Part shown: positions 1 to 23,030 of the stretch, piece by piece | Position numbering within the stretch: position 1 is the stretch's first letter | Layout: every line of letters begins with the position of its first letter | Source of the DNA: Hormiphora californensis | Lineage: Eukaryota; Animalia; Ctenophora | Length of the DNA: 64,000 bases | Direction: 5' to 3' | NCBI GenBank assembly: GCA_020137815.1 | Contig: CM035358.1 | Coordinates: 496,001-560,000, forward strand | The notes under the pieces: model-generated | The model's database searches: none | What the model was told of the DNA's origin: nothing | What the model saw: only the letters and a program-made list of their open reading frames with translations | Translations under genes and position numbers: made by a program

Positions 1-24
1 CTACCTACAAAAACCTATCTCCAG

Positions 25-1026
25 ATGGCAGCAGACGGAAAGAGAATGCTACTGGTGTATCGTGTCAGTACAGCCTTGCAGCAGAGGAGAGCTTGTGGTC
101 GGACTTCAACCCTGAATCTCTTCCACCACTCAGACGGTCAGTCTCTAAACAGTCCGGCAGCCATTTATTGATTCGGGATTAAATATTGATTCCTAAGAGA
201 TAGCATTCCTAAGAGAGAGCATGTAAAGTTGACACTCGTCCCAAGATTGAAATGTCCCTCAAATTCATCTCCCCATCTTTCCTCTGCTCATTACAAATCT
301 TTGCAGGATGACGTGTGATGAGACAGTGGGACAGTGTGACATTATAAAATGCTCAATACCACGACTAGAGAGAGGGGTAGCTGCTTTCAAACTAACTCTC
401 TACTCTCAACTCCAGGTTACTATAACACGACGTATCAGTTACATGGGGGCCGGGGGGGGGGGGGGGGGGGGGTCTACACTATTTTCTAAGTTCCTCCCCT
501 CAACAATTTATTGCTAACCCACTAATGTTTTCAGGAGCAGTTCCTATATGATCAGGATGATATTCTGGTGGTGTCACGAGGGGACATTAGATCGGTAGAT
601 GGAGGGGTACTACCCTACCTTAGGACATCAGAGATCAGAACGGTCCTCTACCCAAGCAGTCGTCATGTCTTCAACCTGACTTGGATCATAGTGGGTGAGT
701 CAGGGTACTATACCGGGTGTGGGGGAGAGAGAAACTAGGACAATTGTGGTTGTCTAATGAAATAGAGAAGAAATTGATTCACACAGTGTACTATTCCGAT
801 TTCCGGAAATTATTCCCAACCCCCAGCACTATTCTCAACCCCTCACACCCTTCTCCCTTCAGGTTCAATACTAGGTGGGCTGCTCCTTCTTCTTCTAATT
901 CTGTTATGTCTCTGGAGGGGTGGGTTCTTTCAGAGGATCAAACCGGAGGCATATCCCCAAACTACAGTTGGGTATCTGGAGGTGTATGATGAGGAAGGAC
1001 CCATGGAAATAGAAGATAGTATCTGA
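25..1026 (+). CDS. Integrin alpha subunit, last four coding exons (25-136, 307-415, 535-694, 863-1026); 5' part lies outside the window
   Basis: GT-AG splicing gives a calf-2-like CDETVGQCDIIKCSIP segment, then TM WIIVGSILGGLLLLLLILLCLW followed by RGGFFQR (GFFKR motif variant) and a short acidic tail; TGA at 1024-1026. Confidence 0.85.
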
Positions 1027-2065
1027 ACTCAGCAGCTTCAAAATGAGTTCAAACCATAACTGCAATTGGAAGAGTTAATTGATCGTTTGAGACCGGAATG
1101 ATCAATATCGTGCGGAACTGGAACTGGAAGGACATGATATAGGAAATGAAATAGAAAATTATTTGGTATTGGTGTTGTTTATTGATTATTATATCATGAG
1201 GCCGACATGTTGCTTGTGCGACGTGAGTCAGAGTCTGAGAGAATGAAGTTCAATGTACGAGTCACGTTTTATTTTTAAGAAAATCCTTGTTTTTATGCTC
1301 GAGGCAGAGAAAATGCACGCGAAGTTTTTACTTTAACGTTGCTAATTTACGCCGCGCTTTTAAACTTTGCAACTCGCGCGCGCCCGAATTTGAAAAGTTT
1401 AAAATTATAATTTTTCCAAGCTCAAGACAAAACTTCAAATTTGCACATTTTTTTCACCTCCCGTTCGCTTTCGTGGGTTTCATGTGTGTTTGAAAGTCTA
1501 AAGTCTGTAAGTGCTTTCAGATCAAGAGCCTTATCACTCAATACTTCCTTAAATAATTATAACATCTCATCTGTATTGAGCGGAACCGACCAATTTCTGG
1601 TCCTCCACATATTGTTCAGAGCTAGGGTTTTTTGAGTGCGTATTCTTGTTCGTTTGTGTGTGGTGGGTGTATGGGTTAGTAGGATCTTGGCAACTGAGAT
1701 GTGGAGTAGAGTCTGAGGGTAGTCGAGAATTGGCCGAGTATGGGCCAGGAGAAAACAGTTACAAGAAACGTGTACCGTTACGAAAACGGCTGAAAGTGCA
1801 GTTATTCCTGCAGACTGTAAATGAACACTTCGAAAGTGATGATAAGTACGTGTTTATCAATGACAATCTTACTATTTTTATGTAAACGATGTGTGCTGAA
1901 CATGATTTACTGTTTCCAAGTAGTCTAGGTATACTGTGTCCGTCTGTGTGTGCAACTTTGTGTTCTCTTGTGAGATGACCATTTTTTAATTAACTTATTT
2001 AACTTAACTTATTTGTGTTTTGTGTATGTCTTTATTTTTTGGGTGTTGGGGTATAAGTGTGAGTG

Positions 2066-2099
2066 TTAGTGTGAGTGTGAGTGTGAGTTTGAGTGTGAG

Positions 2100-2160
<61 letters not shown>

Positions 2161-2175
2161 TGTGTGTGTATGTGT
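2066..2175. repeat. (GTGAGT)n/(GT)n microsatellite
   Basis: Direct reading of the sequence. Confidence 0.9.
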
Positions 2176-2550
2176 GGTGGTGTTTTGTAGCTATCGTATT
2201 TTTAACTAACTTATTCGCCTTTTTCTTTTCGATTTTAGTAATTTATTAAACCTGGTTAAATCTATCTGTCCGTTTAGCTCTCAGCTCATTGTTACCTGTC
2301 TCATTGGTTCGTCTGTGTGTGTTTGTCCCGCTTTAGGTAACTGCTGTTGTGCTATTAGCCTCGGCCTAGAAGCGTATATTAATGTACTTAATTTTTAACT
2401 ATATTTTATACGTATAGTGTAAGAGCGGGAGAGTCATATATTTTCTTATATTGACTTGATATAAATTGTGAAGTTCATATTCATATTCATATTCTCTGGC
2501 TGGCCGTATGAACCATTGTCATCCAATAACTCTTCACATTTTGTTTAGCA

Positions 2551-12664
<10,114 letters not shown>

Positions 12665-13323
12665 AGAGGACACACTCCGCCAAGTAGAGAATGTGATTGG
12701 ATCCCTCGATGGGAAATGTAGGACTCTGGGAAGAGAGAGATGACACAGAGAGAGAATAAGACTGATGTGTATAACATTACAGACTATTGAGAGAAAGGGG
12801 CAGGAGAGAGATATATTTTGATAATTTACGATCGTTTTATTAAATCAGCACTCATATATTTAGTTTCTTTTAACACTTTTTACCACACAGAAAATCATAT
12901 GTCAACTCAACACAGATATCTAGTTTTTTTTTCTTCTAAAATCAGTCGAGTAGTAAATATATGTTTGACCAGTCTTTCAGTCGTGAGAGAGAGACTACAT
13001 GCAGAGTGTAGTCTGTAGTTTGTAGTGATATATTTTATAGAATACAGTGTTGATCAAGATACCGTTATGAAATTACAAGATCTTTAGTTCTACATCCCCG
13101 TATAGAACTCGTTTCAATTCTCATTTCTTAAGAAACTACTGTGAAGTGACTGCCGACTGGGAGATCAGAGGTCCCGGATCATTGGGAGAGAGAGAGAGAG
13201 AGAGAGGGAGACAAGGGGCCGGTGTGAGAGACTTGAGGTAGAATGCACCTGTGAGACAAGCGATAGAGAAATTTGTGTGAGAGAGAGAGACAGACAGATA
13301 GACAGAGAGAGTGAGATAAAGTG

Positions 13324-13993
13324 GGGGGGCCAACACCTTTTTTTTGCCCATTGCCCATAATCCCAGCGAATTTTGTTTTTGCCCATATGGACGAAAATGG
13401 GCAAAATGGGCAAAAGTGGGCAAAAATGGGCAAAATGAAATTTTTAGTGTTTTTTGTTGTTTTTTCAAGTCTATAACTTGATTTTAATTCTTTAAAGTGA
13501 GAGAGAACAGCCCTGATTATGATAAAACTCGGTCAGAATGGTCTTTGGTGTCACATTAGAAGTCAAAAAATTGTTTAGTGGTCAAATCGTAAATTTAGGA
13601 TTTTTAAAATTTTTTTAAAGGTTTTAGGCTTTTATGGGTTTATTTTGTTCTAGGACGTTTCTGAAACCCATGAAAGCCAAAAAACATAAAAACCTAAAAA
13701 ATCCTAAACTTAGGATTTGAGCACTAAAATTTTTTTGACTTCTAATATGACACCAAATACCATTCTGACTGAGTTATATCAAAATCAGGGCTGTTCACTT
13801 TCACTTTGAATAAGTTAAATCAAGTTATAGAGTTGAAAAAACGACATATAACACTGAAAATTTCATTTTGCCCATTTTTGCCCACGTTTGCCCATTTTTG
13901 CCCAAAGTCCCACGATTTTTGAAAATTCAGTTTTGCCCATATGGGCAAATATGGGCAAATATGGGCAAAAAAAGGTGACGGCCCCCCGCCCCC
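13324..13993. mobile_element. MULE/Mutator-like non-autonomous foldback element
   Basis: G-rich/C-rich termini, ~300-bp imperfect inverted arms with repeated TTTGCCCA motifs, 9-bp target-site duplication GATAAAGTG at 13315-13323 and 13994-14002. Confidence 0.8.
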
Positions 13994-15687
13994 GATAAAG
14001 TGAGACAGAGAGAGAGCGAGAGGGGGTGTGGTCCCAATATTAATGTAATATCTCTACTGCAATTCCGTACTGCAAGTGAAATTGCACAGTCCCCTATACA
14101 TGACATGTAGACATGACTTTACATGTCCTCCTCCCTTCCTGCCCCTCTGTCCAGCAGCAGTCTGTCAGGCCAATGCTCTGACCACAGTTCTCGCGCGCTC
14201 CGAAACGAGAATGGGTCAGGCTCCGAAACGAGAATGGGTCAGGCCAATGCTCTGACAGGCAGCAGTAGAGATCGTAACGTACAGTACGAGACTCTCAGTC
14301 ATTTGCGAGAACACATTGTAACCCCCTTGTTTCTGGAAAAGTATCCGCAAGATCTCACTGAGATTCTCAGCAAGATTTCAGTCTGCAGTACGTGTTGCGT
14401 GTAAGTCATGCACGTGTTGAGTACATGCCATGTTGATACTTGATGTACTGTAATTTCCTTTGTGATTTGTGTCCGAGGTGCTAGCTTATCAGTCCGATCC
14501 AGTCGACACTTTGATTCAGTAGAACAGATATTCAGCATTTGTCGTGTAGCAAGAGCAGTGCCTGGACATGTTCCCAGGCTGTTGGCTCTCACACCGAGCC
14601 GAAGGCCCGGTGTTAGCTTGTAACGCGAGCCTGAAGGCGGGTGTAAGCGAACGACAGACTGCGTAGTATGGCAACAGTGGCCCTTGCAATCATTCGTTTC
14701 TGGTTTCATTTGAAGTTTGAAAAACAGGTTTTGTTTGTTGGGTACTATTATACAGTATACCCCCTAAAAAGTCCAAACCTACAATTTGCAAGTGTGAACC
14801 TTTCAGGGGTAGTACGGATTATCTACAAGTTTCCACGTGAGGTTTCATGTGACGTGTCACTTGACACCCCCACTGCATAGGAAAGGAATTGGGGCTGGAA
14901 CCGGACCGCTAGTCTAGCGGCACTAGAGAGCTGTGCCGCGATAACAGAGGGAGAGGTTTTGAAGATAATAATCGAGTAATTTTAGATTAAGAAACGAGTT
15001 TGTCTTCGTTTTATCATCCATGCACCAGCTGAGTAGTTGGTGTTGCCTGATTTTATTAAAAGTTTAAAAATGTTAAAGAATTTGATGCCTAGCCCTCGGT
15101 ACCCAGCTGTCCTAGCTATAACACAGTGTGTCCTATGATAATACCATGAAGCAAGTGCATTGTTTAGCTTAATTATTATACCGGATATACACTGGCCTTC
15201 ACCCACATTGTACACCATGTAGGCTTCTGTACATGTCCCTTTTGGAGTGAATTAGTACCTACACAGTGAGAGAGAGGGAGAGAATTAGTGGAGAAGAGAG
15301 AGAGAGAGAGTGAGCTGCCAGAACCTGAAACTCTGTGTGTCATGTGTGAGTATAGAGTTTCAATCCCCGGCATTTCTCTAAATGTCTTTGCTCGCGCTAC
15401 TGCAGCAGTTGTAGCGCAATGTGCTGCCTCTAATATAGTCTATAGTGCCCCTAGTGCTGCCCCTCCTGTTGTTCACTGTGGTTTAGTTTTCAGAGGTAGA
15501 GAGAGAGTTGAGCTCACTTGACACTTGCACTACTTTATACTCAGACCCACCAACTCCACACTCACTACTCGGACGTCTACAGACCTTGGTTCTTAGACAG
15601 CTGTAGCGAGTGTCGTGCTGACCCTTTCCTCGCTTGAGAGGTCAGGAGAGAGAAAGGTCAGGCATCGACACATAACCACGCTTGAGT

Positions 15688-15767
15688 TTGGTGACATAGA
15701 CACCGTGCACGACCAAGATTGAGCTCACACACTCGATCTCGCACGCACTAGGTGTCAATGTCACCAA
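15688..15767. mobile_element. 80-bp miniature inverted-repeat element
   Basis: TIR TTGGTGACATAGACACC / GGTGTCAATGTCACCAA flanked by 9-bp direct repeat CGCTTGAGT (15679-15687, 15768-15776). Confidence 0.65.
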
Positions 15768-16524
15768 CGCTTGAGTAGTATAACTAGGGCATCTTTGATC
15801 ATTATGGGGCTACCCTGGCCTGAAGCCAATCGCCGTATTGTAGTTCTAGTTGGTCTTCAAAAGCCATCATTCCTTATTTGACCTGGTGTGAGTTGACTGT
15901 AGAGAATAGAGAAGAGGGGATAGTTCTGTTAGGGTTTACTAGGACCCTAGCTTGTATCTGTAATCATGTCATATTCCGAGTGTACATTTTGTATACAACA
16001 ACCATAATTACTCTGTTATACATCAGCTATGAACACCGCATTTCCAAATATTCAATTGTCATCTATTGTATAGCTCCCAGATGTACAGCAGTGTTCAATG
16101 TTCATAGTGATAGCGTGTAAGTCTGCTTGCTATGAAACAGACTAAGCAACTAGAATAAGACTAGAGATTAGAGAATATACTTGCTAGCTTTTTGGGATCA
16201 ATATACATCTGTACATCTGGTGAGTGCTCCACAAGCAGTGCTTGTAATATTATAATGTGTCAATCTCTCAGTGGCCATCTAGCCTTGTATGGGAATGGAG
16301 CCTTTATATTGCCATGTTCCATAATACAAACTTATAGGTTTGATGTATAGATGAACAATAACTTTGATACATTTTCCCTCATCTATTTCGAGGAACAGCT
16401 CGCATTGCTATCTCGATATTCCAAATCCTACTCCACAATGAAAAATGAAAAACGTGTTGTCTGAGGGGGGGAAGACACATTGAAGTGTCCAAACATGCAT
16501 AATTGCTTCCTAGATAGAGCTTCT

Positions 16525-16561
<37 letters not shown>

Positions 16562-16843
16562 CAGGTTATCTAGCGCTTTATGTACCGTCGTTTTACCACT
16601 ATACAGTACAATTTCCTGTAAAGATCATTACCACGATCCTTCACTTTGTGTAGTACATTATTTTACTTTATCATAGATCCCTGAGTCTTGTCACTTGAAG
16701 GAAACATATATTTGTTTTATGATCATGTACATTTCTCACGTTACTTGAGCTTTGTTTTTCTGCTTGTAAGAATGTTCAGTGTGCAAATACAAATTTCGTA
16801 AGTCGGTCCCTAAATCTTTACTTTCGTTTTTATGTTTAGATTC

Positions 16844-19800
16844 ATGATGAAGGAATTCACTGTGTCTGGCCATATTATGAAAACCCTTGATACGGTACTA
16901 CTAGGAGCAGCAGTAGCTGGACTATACTTGTGGCTCAGATCAAGATCTAAAAATTATGAGGAACAGTCTCGTCCCAAGAAACCATTCCCTAACCCAGTCT
17001 CCCTACCGGTTAGTGCTTTTGAAATATAACACAAAAACCCACATCTGCATCCCTAGCTAGTCTGAACACTTCTGAACGCTTCTACTCCATCAAGGTTTAT
17101 GACAACTACTTTCACATTTTCATTGGCAGGTAAATGGATGTGAGACTCACAGAAAGAGTATCTTTGGACCTGACCACCCTGTAGTATCATGGGATGCTTC
17201 AATATCAACCATTCCAGACCTCTACAAGAGAGGACTTGCCCTCAACCCTTGGTGAGATAGAACTTCATAGAGCATTTATAGAACTGTTTGAGTTTTAAAT
17301 CCATTGTGGTGATATTATCTGTCAACCACACCTTTAAAATATATAATGCGACTATACCCCCTATAACAGTGGTGGGGTGTTTGGTTATAGAGAGGGGGAT
17401 GGGCCCTACCAGTGGATCACATACACAGAGGGAGAGAAGAGGATAGATTCTTTCAGAAATGGATTACTTGCTTTAGGGCTAACAGAAGGTATTACTTCTT
17501 AATTTAGATTGAGGTTTGGACTCATTTAGCGAGAGAAAACAACTGTTCGATATGTTCTTAGAATCTTTCTAACTCATCCGCACAACACTGTTGTCAACCA
17601 CAAGATCCATGTTCAGCAACACCCTCCTATTTCCAGGAAGTATGGTAGGAATTCTTGGTAAGAACTCTCCTGAGTGGCACATGACAATGCAGGCCCTTGT
17701 CAGCGCTAGTGGCATAGCTGTCCCTCTCTATCTCACTCTAGGTAGGCTGTAATGACACTCTTAGCTTACAAGGTTGATTAGATTGTGAGAGTTCAGATGG
17801 TATTAACTCGACATATTTCTCTCTGTTACTTAACAACCCCCTCAAGAAACTCAGTTTCATATTCTAACTGAATCTGTAATATTCTAGGTGAGGCAGCGAA
17901 AGAACACATACTGAAAGAAACGGCTCCAAAGATTGTAATATGTGACACTGATATGGTGGGGAAGTTGTTAACTGGATCTCATTCCTCAATAACTACTGTG
18001 ATCACTATTGGGTCATGTGAGAAATGGGAGGACAGTCACAGTGACATACAGGTACCATGATAGAAGCGATTTGAGACAGCCCTGTCTCTGAGTTCGATAA
18101 TGTTTTAGAATGAAACAGGCCACAATAATATCGCCCCTACAGTTTATAAGAACTCAATAACACCCCCCCCCCTACAGTTTCTATCGTGGAACAGAGTCTG
18201 TGACCTGGGAACTACCCCACTGCCCTTCACAGCCCCCACTCCGGACCACACAGCAGTTATCTGCTACACCAGTGGGACTACAGGGGAACCAAAGGGGGTG
18301 GTCCTATCCCACGAGAATGTGTTGGCAAGTTTCAAATGTGGCTGGAGGGGGCTCTGGGAGCACCAGGATATCCTGACAAAGGATGATATCATTGTATCTT
18401 ATCTACCCCTGGCTCATGTATACGGGTTCATATCTGAGTGTATTGTGCTGTATGTGGGTGGCGGGATAGGATACTTTAGAGGTAAAGAAATTGTCATGAG
18501 ACTGAGAATAAGGATTGGTTGATTCCTTATTCCTTCTTCATTGATATATTGTTAGACAAACATCAAGAGACGCTAGATCTTCTGCGCTATTTCAACCTGG
18601 TTATGCCCTCAAAACAACCTCTCTCCCTATATCAGGTGATGTAAAGTTGCTTCTGGACGATATTTCCAACCTCCGCCCCACCATCCTGCCTGCTGTCCCC
18701 AGAGTACTCAATAAGATCTATGACACAGTGAACAACAAGTTACTCAGTTCCCCTAGTGTGATGCAGAAACTATTCAACTACGGGGTTGCCAGTAAGGTGG
18801 CAGAGGTTGAGGCTGGGGTGGTGAAGAACGATACTGTCTGGGACAAAGTCTTCTTTAGGAAAATACAGGACAAACTGGGGGGACGGGTGAAGGTTAGTTA
18901 TTTGCCTGTATAACAGTAACGCTTTTATTTACTTCAATAAATTGTTCTAAATTCTCTTCATCTAGCTAACTGAATTCTCCAGGTTGTAATGAGTGGATCA
19001 GCCCCGATCCAAGATCATGTGATACAGTGGTTTAGAGCGGTACTGGGGGTGAACATTATTGAGGGATACGGACAGACAGAGTCAACAGCTGCCACCACCA
19101 TCTACCTCTTTGGAGACACCGTACCAGGTAAATCTTTGGACATTTCTTATTTCTACACACGCCATATCACAAGATCTCAAGATATCGTAAAGCAATGCAT
19201 CATCAGCCCTAAAGTACCACTTGATTCCCCCCAACCCCATGTTCAGGACATGTCGGTGTACCCTCCCCTGAGTTCGAGGTTAAGTTGGTTGATGTACCAG
19301 AGATGGGCTACTACACCCGGGATGGGACGGGGGAGGTTTGTGTCAGGGGGCCAGGGGTATTCAAAGGATACTACAAACAACCAGAGAAAACTGCTGAGGT
19401 ATTGGTGGATGGCTGGCTACATAGCGGGGATATTGGGACTTGGATCGAGGGAGGACGACTCAAACTAATTGATAGGTAATTACTAATTATAGAATAGTGA
19501 TATTTTTTGTTGTTTTACTTTAAATCTGTGATATCTTTTGATACGTTAGAGACAATTTGTGTAACCCTACTCCTCTCTATCTAGAAAAAAGAACATTTTC
19601 AAGCTGGCGCAGGGAGAGTACATTGCTCCAGATAAGATTGAGTTGGTCTACGAGCGATGTCCAGCTGTTTTGCAGGTACTATCTCCATTTGACTTTGAGA
19701 TCGAGGGCTAGGTCTAGATTATTGTTTGACCATAGATCATAGTATGTAAACTGAGGTCTTTCCCAGACTTCCAGTACCTTACTTTTCATTCAATGTCCCA

Positions 19801-20233
19801 TTTTATAGGTGTTTGTGTATGGAGAGAGTTTGAAGGCGAGTCTAATTGGTCTGGTGGTTGTTAACGAGGACTTTATAAAGGAGCACCCCTCGTTACCCCA
19901 GGATACCAACTCTGTAGAACTCACAAACTACATTTTATCAGAACTGCATATGATTGGAGAGGAAGGAAAACTAAACAGACTTGAACAGGTGAGAAATCAG
20001 TATTTTCATCATCAAGGTTTCTCTCCAAAACGACAACTTTAAAGTCCTGAATGTCTTGACAGTCTATTTAACCACTTAACATTTTTCAGATCAGGAGGAT
20101 AAAACTCCTTCCTTCGCGAGACAACTTCACAGTGGAAAATGGGATGTGTACTCCAACGTTCAAGAAACGACGGCACAACATCGCCAAACGATATCAAACT
20201 GTTTTAAACGATCTATACCAAGGACTGTCGTGA
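16844..20233 (+). CDS. ACSL: Long-chain-fatty-acid--CoA ligase (ACSL1/5/6-like), multi-exon
   Basis: N-terminal TM; AMP-binding [13 protein letters not shown]; SYLPLAH; [12 protein letters not shown]; SGSAP; EGYGQTE; GWLHSGDIG; [22 protein letters not shown]; [13 protein letters not shown]; TGA at 20231-20233. Confidence 0.93.
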
Positions 20234-20757
20234 CTCGTGATATAGTCCTGGTTTTGTGTTGAGTGGATTCATTCAATATGATTATAATGTTTCGAGGGTG
20301 CTCTCAAGAGAGTTGAACTGGACTTTCATACTGTGGAACCTGTTGTACTGTTTTCGCGATATCCGCAGGATAAACTATACTGATACATTGGAACATTAGA
20401 CAACATTTGTGTGCTTGTGTTTTTCAAGCGAATTTCTTAAAGCTTTTTTCCAGCAAAGTGACCCTTGGCCTTTTAAATTGTATGCTGAACTTTTTAGTTT
20501 TTGATAAAATACATAAATTACTTGTCATTCATTTTTTGTTCCAAACGAAAAAAAAACTCTACACAATATGCTGCCCAACAGTCAACTACATTTAGCCTCA
20601 AAAGAGACAAACATTTCATAGCACGTCTGCAGTGTCAGATAAGTTTAGATACATGCACACTGAGTGGTGCTTTATTTTTCACCTCTATACTGCTCAATTG
20701 AGTGTGGTAAGAGTGCAAAAAGATTGAACGCTTTGACGTTCAACTAGCATTCAGTGT

Positions 20758-22557
20758 TCATCGTGGCATTGCACTTAAAACTTCCTGGTCCTGTACTGGT
20801 GATATCACTCTTTGATCAAATGGCGGTGTACTAGCAGTGGCAGGTTGATCAAATGGCGGTGTAGCAGTACTAGCAGTGGCAGGTTGATCAAATGGTGGTG
20901 TTGACCTGACAGGACTTCTGTTCTGCTGTTCTGGTGTCCCTGTCCTGCTGCTTTGCTGTTCTCCCAGTGGTGTCCCCGGCAGTGATTGGTCCCCCTCTTT
21001 CTTCTGTCCAGCTGCACCTCCCGCCCCATTGGATGCTCGACTAGATCTCATACTCATGACAGTTTCAGGGCGGTTGTCCTCTAACCTCTGTCCCAGGGTC
21101 TCTCTACCAAAGAAGAAAGTGGCCGTTAGGAGGATGATGGCCATAGCTCCAAATATGTACCACATGAAGGCCCACTCTGTATACAACCCCACTACATAGA
21201 CGTTAATGATGGCCAGGATCCCACCCCATGCTGAAAAGGTCATAATGAAACCAAATGCAATACTCCTGATATATGTAGGGTAGAACTCAGGGGTATAGAT
21301 GTAGATCAGGAGTAGGACAGCGTTGGCAAGGGCTCTCTCAAAGAATAGTTCTATAATCAGCACCATCTGCCCATAACAGAACTCTAGTAACAGAACGAAG
21401 ACAAGGAGACATGCAGACACGACATTAGCTGCCCTGACTCGACCCAGTAACTCACTGGAAAATGCAAATATTGGGATACTAAGGAACTCTCCACATCCGA
21501 TAATCAGATCAAACACGAACTCCTCATCAGTTAACAGACAGGAATCTTCCTCAGCGAAATCACCGTTACAATAATTGTACTGCAGGAGAAGAGGAGCTGC
21601 GTATATGGCTCCATAGTACATGAAGTTAGCAGCGAACATAGCGACAATCAGGGCAAAGGTGACTTGCCTGAAGTTGGGCGCGAAGATGTCCGCGAGGCGT
21701 CCTCGTCTTGTTTCAACATACGACTCTAGCTCACCAGGGCACATCTCAATCTGGTTGAAGTGTGCTATCTTGGTGAGGATTGCCTTTGCTTTCTCTGGGT
21801 CCCCAGATATGATGCAGTATTTCGGGGATTCGTCAGCGAAGGGAATAATGAAGAGCATTATAACACAGGGTATAGCAGCCCATAACACCACCGCCCTCCA
21901 ACCATAGTCTTCCTCTAACCACCAGGCGCCCAATATAATGTAGATATTACCAAAGGTCCACATAATGAAAGTGATGGATACTGCAGTGGCTCTATATGCT
22001 GTGGGGCAGAGCTCTGCTACTTGGACAATAATCAAAAATACGATCATACCAAACCCGAACCCAACAACACACCGAAGTATCAGATACCAAATGTAGGTAG
22101 GGGCAAAGGCACTAAGAACTCCAAACACGGCTATAATTACTTGACCAGCAACCAGAACCGGGAAGCGTCCATACGTATCAGCTAGTCGTCCACCCACCAG
22201 ATCACCGGGTATAGAACATAACATCACCATACACGGGATCAACACCTCCTCCCACACTGTTAGGTTCCAGTAGCAGCCCAAATCACTTAGAATTAGGGAA
22301 CTAAGGGTGATCTCAACCGCTTGAGCCATGGATGAGATACCAAAGAGTCCCATCCAGAGCCAATGATACTTTCCCATACCAATATATTCCATACACTCAT
22401 CCACATTGTAAAACCCCCTCCGCTTTATCCTCTGCAATTTCCGCGCTCTCGAGTCCTCCTGCTCATCCACATTCTGTACTATTGTCCTGTAGTTCTGGGA
22501 GGTGAAATCAGTGAGGGCAGACTCCATCCGGACATCTTCAAGGTCCCCATAACTCAT
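20758..22557 (-). CDS. SV2-related (SVOP-like) MFS transporter, single coding exon
   Basis: 599-aa ORF with ~12 hydrophobic segments, GRLADTYGR MFS motif A, ELCPTAYRA, DESPKY, YTPEFYPTYIRS, ETLG. Confidence 0.88.
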   Translation of the reverse strand: MSYGDLEDVRMESALTDFTSQNYRTIVQNVDEQEDSRARKLQRIKRRGFYNVDECMEYIGMGKYHWLWMGLFGISSMAQAVEITLSSLILSDLGCYWNLTVWEEVLIPCMVMLCSIPGDLVGGRLADTYGRFPVLVAGQVIIAVFGVLSAFAPTYIWYLILRCVVGFGFGMIVFLIIVQVAELCPTAYRATAVSITFIMWTFGNIYIILGAWWLEEDYGWRAVVLWAAIPCVIMLFIIPFADESPKYCIISGDPEKAKAILTKIAHFNQIEMCPGELESYVETRRGRLADIFAPNFRQVTFALIVAMFAANFMYYGAIYAAPLLLQYNYCNGDFAEEDSCLLTDEEFVFDLIIGCGEFLSIPIFAFSSELLGRVRAANVVSACLLVFVLLLEFCYGQMVLIIELFFERALANAVLLLIYIYTPEFYPTYIRSIAFGFIMTFSAWGGILAIINVYVVGLYTEWAFMWYIFGAMAIILLTATFFFGRETLGQRLEDNRPETVMSMRSSRASNGAGGAAGQKKEGDQSLPGTPLGEQQSSRTGTPEQQNRSPVRSTPPFDQPATASTATPPFDQPATASTPPFDQRVISPVQDQEVLSAMPR

Positions 22558-22968
22558 TTCGTGCTAGAGAACCGAGGGAGACTTAGGGAGAATCTTACTA
22601 AGACTATGAGAAGAAGTTGGTTTTGCTACGGGTGTCCCATGGGATCGCTAAAAATAATAAAACTTGGTTTAGTAAAAGAGTTGGAATATGCAAACATCAA
22701 AGCCAACAAGTAACAGCATGTATGCACATAAGGGTGGAATTTTGACCAAGATCAAGATTCAAGATCAAAGTCTGTGTAAGTTTGCACCGAGCAAACTGGC
22801 TTACACGTATCATATGCGTTCACAAAGATCCTCTCTCTCTATCTCTCTCTCTCTCTCTCTCTATCTCGAATTCTCTCTGCTCTAGCTCTCATCTCTCCGA
22901 CTATCTACGCTCAGCTGCTGTATCTATCGCTATCGGCTATCTCTCTCATATCGCATCTCATGCTCTCG

Positions 22969-23030
<62 letters not shown>

